Positions 53,240 to 64,000 of a stretch of 64,000 bases of DNA are shown piece by piece. The stretch's first letter is position 1, and every line of letters begins with the position of its first letter. The notes under the pieces were generated by a model. That model ran no database searches. It was not told the DNA's origin and saw only the letters and a list, made by a program, of their open reading frames with translations. The position numbers were made by a program, and so were the translations under genes. This DNA comes from the human T2T-CHM13v2.0 reference genome, Homo sapiens: assembly GCF_009914755.1 (NCBI RefSeq), contig NC_060935.1. One strand, written 5' to 3'.

Positions 53240-53425
53240 TGGATTTCCAGGTATGATCTCCAAACTGACAGCATTAGCATCACCTGGAAACTTATTAGAA
53301 ATTAGAGATTTTAACCCAACGGTAGACCTACTGAATCTAACACCCTTGGAATGTCGGGCAGAAATCTGTGTTTTAACACGCCCTCCAGGTGATCCTGGTG
53401 CAGATTCTGGTGAGAATCACTGGAC
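53240..53425. mobile_element. MER5A-like hAT DNA transposon
   Basis: cagcattagcatcacctggaaacttattagaaat...gaaatctgtgttttaacacgccctccaggtgat. Confidence 0.75.
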
Positions 53426-54289
53426 TGGGAAAATGCAGTTAGAATTACTAAGACGGTAATTAAATCTTTTGGTAATAAGTTTAAATGAAACTAGTCAGCA
53501 CAGCTGTATGCCGGTTTTTGCCTAAACAGAGACTAGGTGAAGAGTTGAGTATCACCATGATAAGTTAACTAGGCAAGTATTATGCCACAATTATTATCTT
53601 CATGCATCATGAAATAATCTTGGAGCCAGAAAACTGGGCTGAGAAGCAGCAAGATGGTGCAAGAGTGACATCTATCCACTTCCAAGTCCAAGGGAAACAC
53701 AGATGTAGCCACTGCTGGAGAAGCAGTGTCTTCACTAGACATTCAGATCTCCATTATAGCAAAAAGGTGTAGTCATCCTTAGGAAGAAGGTTGTAGATAT
53801 GTGGGCTTTTCTATTGCTAAATTATGACTTCTAAATGGTAGGATGAAGAGGCTGGAAAACTGGTGACGAGTAGAAAAATGAGTCAAGTGAGGAATTTTCA
53901 GAGCATATTGTGATGAAAATAAAAAAGATGACCTGGATAGCCTGAGCTTTCTATGCAAGCTGTAGCAAAGAGGGTATGAAGCTTAATCATATTAAATGGG
54001 GAGGTAAAAAATCCATTTTCACTGTAATTTATTTATTGAGACTTATCTTTTTGGTAGGTGTAGACATGAAGTAGGGGTCTTTGGCAGTGAGCTTTCTAGA
54101 AACACTTGGAAGTTTGTAGGCCCGCCCTTCACTCTTACCGATGGCCATGTTGGGGCTCAGAAGGGGTGGTCTGTTGAGCACACAAATCTCTGTGGATGGG
54201 TCCCCTTTAGAGTCCAGAATCTACTCCTCAACACCTCCCCTGCTCCCACCCTACTGCAAGAAACTACTGTTTCTCAACTGCTCTATCAT

Positions 54290-54840
54290 AAAAGCCTCCT
54301 AACTGGTTTCCCTGCTTCCCTGGTTTTCCTCTACCACAGTCCATTCTCCACTCTGAAGCCAGACTGATAAATTGAATTATTTGATTTATTTGCTCAAAAC
54401 TCACCAGTGACTATTACATTCACAGTAAAATCCAAAGTTTTCACCAGACCTATAAAACTTTTCACAATCTCTCTGACTTCCTCCCCATTCCCCGCTCCTT
54501 TTTGTCCATTTCAGCTACATCACCTCCTTGTTATTCTTAAAACATAGCAGGAATACTGCTACCTTGGGCCTTTTACTTTCAGACAGCCCCTGGATCTTCC
54601 TTCTCCCAGTGAATTGCATGTTCAGTTCTCGTAGTTACTTCTGACTTCTGCTCAAATGTCACCTTTTCAGAGAGGCCTTCCCTCATCACCCTATGTAGAA
54701 TATCTTATTCTGATTCATTTTTCTTCACAGCACTTACCACTTAACATAACTTGTATCTCCACAAAAGAAAGTAAAGTCAATAAATAAAGGATCTTTGTTT
54801 TTTTCACTGCTATTTTTTTCAATGCCTAAAACAACATTGA
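54290..54840 (-). mobile_element. L2 fragment
   Basis: ctcctaactggtttccctgcttcc...ctcaaatgtcaccttttcagagaggccttcc, typical of the L2 3' region. Confidence 0.65.
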
Positions 54841-55936
54841 ATTATTATGGTAAAAGTGTTTTAAATTATTTAATCATGGAATCATTAAAACACAAATAAT
54901 TGCATATCCTGCCATGGTGGGATACTCTAGGTGAGGCAGAAAGAGAAAAAGGTGGGGCATTGGCAACCATGGAAAATGTAAACTACAAACATAAGATAGA
55001 TATACTGAAGGAGGTGATATTCTTGGAAGGTGCTGTGCCCCATGGAGGGCTGGATTTGTGGTGACTGGGATATACAGTGGAGATGGCAGCAGCTGCATCT
55101 CTGTGTGCTAAAGAGACAGTAGAGACAGCCCATCACCATCTTATAATGGTGGCAAAATCAACGAGCAGGAGGCTCCAATGATGATAACTATTCATCCGGA
55201 CTTGGTTAATATGTGAATTCACCCTACTCTGGCCCTCATATTATTCCTGTTCCACTTTCAAACTTGAACAATTTGGGTTTGAGAAATTCAGGCAGTCTTT
55301 ATGACTAAATATCTGGGCCTATCTATGTAAAATGTTTCCCTTTCTGTTTGAGCATGTTATGATTGTTTTCCCTACATATGGGTCTATTTATGTGTCTCTA
55401 GGTATTTGCATCTGTGTTTGCACATGGCTGTGTGTACTCATATGTGGACTCTATATGCCTGTATATGTGAATTTTTTACTATGTGACCTTGTGTACATAC
55501 ACACACCTGTCCAAGGTGACATGCTCAAAATAATCAGTTTCATATACCATGCTCAAGTTTCATATACCATGCTCAAAATGCTCATGTTTTAGAGATAAAA
55601 ACATTATTTTTATCTCTATATTAATATATGCATGTGGTTTGTGTGTTAATGTACATATAGTAGGTGAGACAAAAATCTCACACAGCTAGTTTTTTCTTTT
55701 TTTTTTTGCAAAAGAAGTAAAGCCAAACCTCAGATCGCAGCAAGTGAGTGTAGCCATTTTATTGACAGATGTTTCAGCCACGACCAATGATCTATTATTC
55801 AGTACAAGACACATTGGTTGATAACTCTTATTCCAGGACTTCTCCTGGCTGGAAGCATCAGGAAAGGTGCAAAAGGCAAATGAGATGGTCAGGTGGGTCA
55901 GCAGGCAGGTAGCAAGCAAACAAGTAGGCATGGTGG

Positions 55937-56359
55937 TTAGAATCTCTGGGATCTCTTGAGCTTGCGGATAGCAGCATTGGTGTCCCCTTCAGTAGCAATG
56001 AGTGCCTGTAGATTGGCATGGTGGTTCCCAAATCCCATGGCCTGGAGAGAATCCATCTGTTTGCTAAAACAAATCTCAGGAGCTTGCAGAGGGTGGGAAG
56101 GGTCCCCATCCGGGGATTGTAGCCTCTGCAGGACTGTTCCAGGCTTGTGGCAGCACTCAGGTCCCTTGGGCTCAGCTGTATCTGAAACATTCCAGGAACA
56201 GGGCACTGTGTCAGGATAGCTGCAGCTGGGGGCAGGAAGCCAACCCAGGCCCCATAGGTAGGGTGCAACCCAAGGCAGAAGAACAGGAGCCTCTGTGGCC
56301 AGCAGCTGGAGGGCCTGCTCAATCTGCAATATTGCTTGGAATGCTTTAGGGTTGCCTAA
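55937..56359 (-). pseudogene. UBQLNL: Out-of-frame ancestral C-terminus of UBQLNL (STI1 plus UBA)
   Basis: Open frame [25 protein letters not shown]...[29 protein letters not shown] aligns with the UBQLN3 C-terminus. Confidence 0.9.
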
Positions 56360-57783
56360 GCACTAAGCAGATCAGAAATCTGTGTCTGCTGCAGGAATGT
56401 GGGCAGCTGCTGCCTCCACTGTTCACTCAGCTGGGGCATACTTGTGAACAACATAATCTGAGCTGCCAGGTAGGGGTTGTTCATAAGCAACTGCATCATG
56501 CCTCCTGTGATCTGGGAGCTGCTCTGCTCATCTGACAGCTGGAGATCACCCTTTAATGTCTGTCTGGAGCTACTTAGAGAAACAGTGGCATCCTTGTATT
56601 CTTCTTGAAGCTGCTGGGTAAGCTCTATGCTAGGTAAGGCTGGTATCCCAGCTGGCTGCCGAGTGGCACAGATATGGCTCTGGCCCTTGGTGGAAATCAT
56701 AGCAGTGTTGGCTTTGGAAGTGTGGTTGACCTTGTTAAGGGTGTCATTGGCTGAGGTGTTTGAAGAGAAACCACCAGAGCTATTATAGATGACTCGGGTT
56801 GCAGGATGCTGTGTGAGCTGGTCTTGTTGTTCCTGTGATGGTGGTGGAGGTGGGGGTGAAGACTGGACTTGTTCTAGCACTTGTCCTGCCAGGAGAGCTG
56901 TGAAAGGGTTTCCTCCAAAAGGATCTTGCATGCTGTTCAGCATTTGATCATTGATATCAACATAGTTCTGACCCAGGGCATTATTCCCACCTGGCATTGT
57001 CTCTAAGCCCAGATATGGCTGTGGGTTCAGTGGATACTCAAGGTTTTGTGAAGGTTGTTGGATCTGCATTATCTCTTGGATCATAGCAAGGTTCCTGGCC
57101 AGCTCCAGAGTCTGCAATAGGATCTCAGAATTATCAAGAAGAAGGCGGGAAACTTCTGGGTTCTGCTGCATCAATTGTTGCGTGTCTAGATGTTCTGAAA
57201 TGAACTGCCACATGAACTCCATGTTGGACAGAAGCCGCTGGATGCTAGGATTCTCCAGCATCTGTGCTTTGCACTCTGGGTGGCTCACTTCCAAGTTTTG
57301 GGTATGCACTTTGGGTGCATCAGACCCCACAAAGTGGGCCAGTTCCACTGGAGCTTGATTCATACCAGTTGGTTGGTGCACTCTGCTGCTGTTTCCTTTG
57401 GTGTTTCTGTCCCGGTGGCAGGGATCATTCGTTGGCAGGTCCCGGAAGGAATGGGCTAGAGATCTGGAGCCCTGCTTGGACTTGATGACCAAGTAGATGG
57501 TGTGGCCATCCATGATGCCCCTCTGGCTCAGTGTGTCATGGTCTTTGAGAAGGCAACCCATGAAGACCAGCACTAGTTGGTCCATCTGGCATTGGAAGTG
57601 AGCCAATAGCATCTCCTTGAACTGCCTTACCGAGATGTCATCAGCTACCATAAAGTCTTTCTGGTTGCCTGCAGTCTTCACTATCACTCGAGTGGCACTT
57701 GAAGAGATATTTTTGTCTGCCAGCAGACCTGATGGACATCCACTCTGGGACATCCTGGATGTTCGAGAGATGGCATGCCACAT
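56356..57783 (-). CDS. UBQLNL: Ubiquilin-like protein, 475 aa (UBL plus STI1-like region, no UBA)
   Basis: ATG at 57783 (MWHAISRTS); [16 protein letters not shown]...[12 protein letters not shown]; PFGGNPF motif; TAG at 56358-56356; AATAAA at 55763-55758. Confidence 0.95.
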   Translation of the reverse strand: MWHAISRTSRMSQSGCPSGLLADKNISSSATRVIVKTAGNQKDFMVADDISVRQFKEMLLAHFQCQMDQLVLVFMGCLLKDHDTLSQRGIMDGHTIYLVIKSKQGSRSLAHSFRDLPTNDPCHRDRNTKGNSSRVHQPTGMNQAPVELAHFVGSDAPKVHTQNLEVSHPECKAQMLENPSIQRLLSNMEFMWQFISEHLDTQQLMQQNPEVSRLLLDNSEILLQTLELARNLAMIQEIMQIQQPSQNLEYPLNPQPYLGLETMPGGNNALGQNYVDINDQMLNSMQDPFGGNPFTALLAGQVLEQVQSSPPPPPPSQEQQDQLTQHPATRVIYNSSGGFSSNTSANDTLNKVNHTSKANTAMISTKGQSHICATRQPAGIPALPSIELTQQLQEEYKDATVSLSSSRQTLKGDLQLSDEQSSSQITGGMMQLLMNNPYLAAQIMLFTSMPQLSEQWRQQLPTFLQQTQISDLLSA

Positions 57784-60700
57784 GGGCTTTAGTGGGTGGG
57801 CAGATGGGGAGCAGGTGGAAGCTGGGGCAGAAAGGGTGAGGGCAGACAAATGTTTCTGCTGGCCTTTGTCTCAGGTATTGTGCTCTCAGGCCACAGGATA
57901 GTTTCCTTGTTGCCCTAAAAGGGATGAGTGACCAGACTGGGGCCAGATATTTTGTGATGTTGTGCCCTCACCCCAGTTCTCCAGATGTGGCCCAGCTGAG
58001 GCCTGGCATAGCTACTGATTCATAATTCACCCATGGTGGACAAAGTGGTGATGACTTCTCCTAGGGCTACCCCTCCTCCTACCCCACCCACCAGGGGCAT
58101 GAATCCTCAGAAAAGGGATATTGTGATGTCAACTCTATCCTCGCAGTCACCCTGGGCCAGCTGGGGAAGGAGGACATATTTAGGGGTCCAGGGCTCTACA
58201 ATAAAATAAAATAATTTTCCAGAAAACAGGGACAAAGTTCTCTGGATGGAACTAGTAAGAAAACAAAAAAGTAAATAAAAACCATATTTTTAAATGTGGG
58301 ATGTGTGTTTCCGTGTGATACTGTGTGTATGTTCCTTATAGGGATGTTAGACTTGTATGAAAAGTTGGGTCTACTGAAGCCATAGATAAAGCCACATTCC
58401 TATAAGAATGCAGTCTCTCCCATAGGAAGGAGCGCATTAATTTTTTTAATGATCTGGAAATTTGGGTCTTATATAGAGTCTAGATTTTGGGATTCTATAT
58501 TTAATTGTGCTCCCATGTGGTGGGGAAAATTTTCCTCTGTCCTAGGAAGCAGGAGTAGGGCTAACCAGGAAGGCTCTTCATAGGCACATGCCAAACTAAA
58601 TGTGAATTAGCTCTTTTTTATAATATGCCTTTTATTCACATATCACTTGGTCTCTTCTACATGTCAATATAACAGAAGTTTTAGAATGATTTGTTTCAAT
58701 GTCCTAACCCACTCTTGTGTGCCCACCTTTATGTCAAAGCATTAAGGGGGAATGTCGTCTGTAAATCAAGAGGTGGGAGAGGAGGTGGTTAGTAGTAAAA
58801 TTCTTAAGGGGACAAATACAGGCAACTAAAAAGCTGGATTCTTGGTCCCATGTAAATTTGGAGAATTGTGTTTGGTTTTTATTTAGATGCAGATGGAAAT
58901 AATTATTTATATGAGTGAGAGTGTACATGTCTTATCGAATGTATATATGAAATTGTATGCATATTCTGTGTTACTAGGAAGCCTTCAGGGTCTGGATTTT
59001 ATATATTCCATCCACCTGCCTGGAGAGGGAGGAGCACCACACAGATAGCTAAGGAACAAGCAAAAAGCTCGAGCCCATATGTTCCCAGTGTGTTGAAGAC
59101 AAGCAAAGGGATGATAGGCCGTTGGCCAGGAGACCTTCTGCTATCAAACCAATGATTCTTTATTGAGAATATCTAGACCCCCAGCACCATCCATGTCAGA
59201 TCCTCATCATGCTATAAGGCCAGTTGCTAACTTACTACAGCAAGACTCAGACCTATTCTCTTGCAATTGCACTCAAAAGTGAGATCGATCCAGGACAATG
59301 AAAAATTGATTACCAGACCAAGATCTTGCCCCTTTTCTCCCCAGGGACCTCACAGGAAGGTGGAGATAAGAAAGGGAACTTTCATATCCTACTCTAATGA
59401 CCAGCTGCCCTGCAGCTTCTGCACTGGAATCAGGTGTTCCCAACCTGAGATTGACAATTCTAGATCACAGAACTCTTGAGTTCCGGGAGCTGGATTTATG
59501 AAAAAAGGAATATGAGATGCCAAAGCATCAGAAAGAGAGGGTACCATTTTCTTAGCTAATATTTTACTTTTTCCCTATCAAATCCACCTAGACCATTATT
59601 AAAGGGAACCTTAATGTACTGATTGAGATATTAATTACATAAAGAACTCACTAGATATAATCAGTCTTCCAATCATTAGGACCAATGGCCACTTTGGGAT
59701 GTGGTCCTCCTGGAGGTAAGGAAGAGGGCACACTTCTACCAATGCTCTGCCTAGCCCTGGGGTCTCAGGGTCTGGAAGCCTTGTTAGGTTTGACAGGTTT
59801 TGGTGGAGCATGAGCCCCAGAGGGCCTCCTGGTGGGTGGTCTTGGTAGCCTGGTCTTCATTGTCAGGAAGGTGAGGTCATAATTTATCAGGTAACCATCA
59901 CTGAAGACATACGGCTTGTGGCCTGAGGGGCAGTAGTTGATGCCCTGCAGCTTTTCCAGCATCTTGTCCAACAGGATGCTGAGGCGGCGCTCCTGCCCGG
60001 TGGTGGTGTCAAAAGCATAGAAGATCTCCTCTTGGTGGGTGTTCAGTGAGTGTAAGGCATAGAGCACCCCACAGGCCATGAAGGCCCCTGACAGGGCTGG
60101 CTTGTACTGGCTGGTACGCCAGGTTTTCTCCACTTCTAGGGTGCTAGCGTTGAGACGACTCACAACCAGGTTGCCCTTGCTCTCCTCAGTGGCATAGAGA
60201 ACCCACAGCCCCTTCTCATCACCAGCAAAATCTAAGTCCTTCCAGGGCACACCAGCATAGGAAAAGCGGTTGTTATAGGTGGCACCAGGCAGCAGACGCC
60301 ACAGCACCAGTGTGTTGGAGGAAAGGTCCATTTTGGCCATGTCACTTGTGCCACAGTAGTTAAAGTACATAAAGTTCTTGTACACAACGTTTCCACTGCC
60401 ATCACCATAGCCCATCTTCCTCTCTTCATAGTTTTTCAGCAGTGCGAGGTCATTATAGGATTTGCACAGCCGATAGTAGTCAAAGTACCTAGGCCAAGTC
60501 CCTGCATTCAGAATTATTGGGTGACAGCCATAACTAAGGTAACAAAGAGCTACAAAAATAGGCAGATCAGTTTGCTAGTTAAGAGCAGGGGCTTTGCTAT
60601 CAAACAATTGACTTTAGTTCATCTTTCACTTACTCAACCATGACAAACTAAACAATTATTTTTAAAAGTAACAGTAATAATAAAACACCAATAGCTACAG

Positions 60701-62549
60701 TGCCTATTAGACACTATATATGCATAATCTTATTTAATTATAATAACAGCACTGTAAGGTAGGTTTTATCCTTACAGATGAAGAGACTAAGTCTTAGAAA
60801 GGTTGAGTCATTTGCTCGAGGTCACACAGCTTATAAGTAAAAACTGTAAACAAAAGTAACAAGCTACTTTATTGACTGTTAGGACTGTCCAAAATAAAGC
60901 AAAGAAAACAATTAGTACAGCATTTGTTTCAATAAGCAATAAAAAATGGTAGCTATTATTTTTTCTTCCTTATGGAGATTCTTCTGTATCTACTCTGCAC
61001 TGCCTTCCACCTGTCCTCAAGATGCAAGGGTCCTGTAACAGGACATATTTCTGGAGCTGGATTCAGGGAGATTTGTTCTCATGAGGTCACATTGGAAAGT
61101 TCCTTAAATTATCTCTGAGTTATGAGTAATCTTATCTCTTAACATTGTTCTGTAAGTCCTGATTACCTATAGATTTTGAGAGGGTTCCAAGGCGTGTAAA
61201 TGTATTTTATAGGCTACAAAGTATAGCACATATGAGTTATATGCTACAAATTGTGGCCTATACAATACATTTTATATAAGCATAGAATTTGGGGAATATT
61301 ATTTTCAGTAATACTAATTTTCAGTAACACTGATCTTTCTGAGTTGAGCTTCAACTGGAGCTCTTCAATGACTGGTTCAACCTAGATTCATGTCTCTCTC
61401 TCGCAACAGGTCTATATCACATTTTCACACACACTGGCTTTTAACATTCTGTGTGTTGGGCCTACCTCCCTAGCAAGGTTGACAATGTATTGAAGGTCTT
61501 ATTCGTCTATTTATTGACTCTTTTAGCCATTCTTTCATCTAATAAATACATATCATCACCTATGTTTTACATACTTTTCTATGTAATCTTATGTGATCTT
61601 CTCATATATGTATAATTATCCTCATTTTACATATGGCTAAGAAAGGTTCTGAGATGTTAATTCATTTTCCCAAGGTCACTTAGCTTAAATGGCAGTATAG
61701 AGTTTCAAACACAGATTGGCTTAATTCCAAGTCTCAAGCTTGGCCAGAGACATGCTCTGAACTTCTAAGCAGGAAGTTAGAATTTTGAGGCCCAGGTGTA
61801 GAAGAGTTTGTTCTTTACATAGAATCAGAGTAGAAGTAGAACCATCTTTGAGTTACTATGGGATTAAAATTTGTAGGCAGTGGATTTGTGAAGGAAACTC
61901 AGGGCAGTCTGGGTCATGCTTGTCTCATGAGAAGAGCGTTAGGAGGTGACCTGTCAGGCCTAGGCTAGGTTTGCTTTGGGGCATACTTAAAATAGAAGAA
62001 ACCAGCGTGGGGCTGTAAAGAACCCTGTTTGGGTATGGGTAGGGGACATTTGGAATTAATCCGATTGCAGAACAGAAGTCACTCAGGGCTCACCTGCCAT
62101 CTGTACGTAGAGGAGCAACCCAGTAAAGGGAAGAGGCTGGATTGGGTGCTGAGTCTCGGCCCCAGGGACCTGCCTTATATGAGAAGCCTCTCCGAGTGAG
62201 CTGCACCACAAGGGATTTGCTAACTTCCTGGAGGCCTCCATGGGCACAAGAAGCTAGGGGAAAAAGCAGGCAATATATAAGCCAAGTTTAAAGCACACAA
62301 CCCACAGGTAGCTGAGTGTGAAAGTATAATAACCATGTGTGGGTTTGAGTGTGTATCCATGCACCTGAGTGCATATACAAGCATATCAGCAGGTTGATTT
62401 TGCATAAACATAGGTTATTTTGTATGTATGATTATGGGGTGTTCATATGTCTGTGTATATGTATGCTCATGTATGAGAATATATCAATCTTGGTCTGCAT
62501 TTTTCAGTGATGCACAAAACAAAAAAAATGAAAGATTTATTCTCTATCA

Positions 62550-62886
<337 letters not shown>

Positions 62887-63263
62887 TTACCATAGCCAAC
62901 ATGCACTCCCAACCTGGTCTCTGGAGAGATAAGACCTTGAGAAATTCAGTCTGTGCACTCACCGGGGGGAGGGGTGGTCCAGGGTGTCCAAAGGCCTATT
63001 CTTTCTCCTTTTCTCTCTCACATTCACTTAGTTGACTCTCAAGGACATCCACCTCCTGCTGGAGAGCACCAAAGCTGCACTGGTCAGAGTCAGCCAAAAG
63101 TTTGAGTGTGAGACTGGCGTTAGTCACCTATGGAAATGAGACGCCCGAGAAGTGGGTTGCAGAGTGTTCTTAAAAACTGAACTCTGGCTGTCATATTCCT
63201 CAACTCAGAGTTTTCTTCCCCAGAAAGAAGTAATGTTGGAAATTGTCCAATACATGAGGTTAG

Positions 63264-63702
<439 letters not shown>

Positions 63703-64000
63703 TGAAGTTGGTGGAGGAGGTCCCCAGCCACACTAACACCTCCCATGGCTTTAAGTTGAGTCACCAACTCCTGTGCTCCCTCCAGCTCCAGGCACAGCAG
63801 GTTGAAGCCTGGGTTCTCATAGGGAGAAGCAAGGGCACTGGGATTCCAGGACTTCAGCATGTGACTCATTTCCAGAACCTCATTGTCTTTATCTTCAATG
63901 GCGCGTGCACACTCACTGACATCAGCATGCAGGGGATGAACAGGAAGTTGCCCCAAATGTCAACACCTGTGGCTTCTCCCATTCAGTTGCATCCTCCCAG

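Noticed and set aside
55690-55707. A-rich tract downstream of the UBQLNL AATAAA as a retrogene polyA remnant
   Set aside because: No TSD is visible and the gene is too diverged for a tail to plausibly survive. It is more relevant as an oligo-dT mispriming site.
56354-56360. CTTAGGC, identical to the yeast Ty1 +1 frameshift heptamer, overlapping the UBQLNL stop
   Set aside because: It is not in the translated frame, and reaching the UBA frame needs a -1 shift. No X XXY YYZ slippery site is present, so a simple deletion is more parsimonious.
57784-57849. N-terminal extensions in the ORF track (UBQLNL 497 aa, OR52D1 322 aa, OR51 306 aa)
   Set aside because: They begin at TTG codons. The first ATGs are at 57783, 29980 and 10689.
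58087-58101. CCACCAGGGGCA as a second CTCF site
   Set aside because: One G short of the core spacing; weak match.

Overview
Mammalian (almost certainly human) genomic DNA. The gene content and order match my recollection of chr11p15.4, in the olfactory-receptor cluster upstream of the beta-globin locus. Left to right: a frameshifted class I OR pseudogene (- strand, probably OR51A10P), intact OR52D1 (+), the testis ubiquilin pair UBQLN3 and UBQLNL (-, single coding exons), and the last four exons of an OLFM4-like olfactomedin pseudogene (OLFM5P, -). A large part of the window is interspersed repeat: a full-length but disabled L1PA2, a twin-primed L1PA2 carrying an AluYa5, older L1s, several Alus, four solo LTRs, an ERVL-like remnant, and L2/MIR/MER fragments. 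I see no wholly new biological system. The best second-look items are: (1) a 1-bp deletion that cuts UBQLNL off from a still-open STI1/UBA tail; (2) an olfactomedin domain that is still open across two exons, with the disabling lesions in an upstream exon flanked by inverted Alus; (3) a THE1 LTR with an intact splice donor beside duplicated E-box/GATA motifs; (4) two L1PA2 copies sharing non-consensus variants, one of which lacks a TSD. Gene names and repeat subfamilies come from memory, not database searches.
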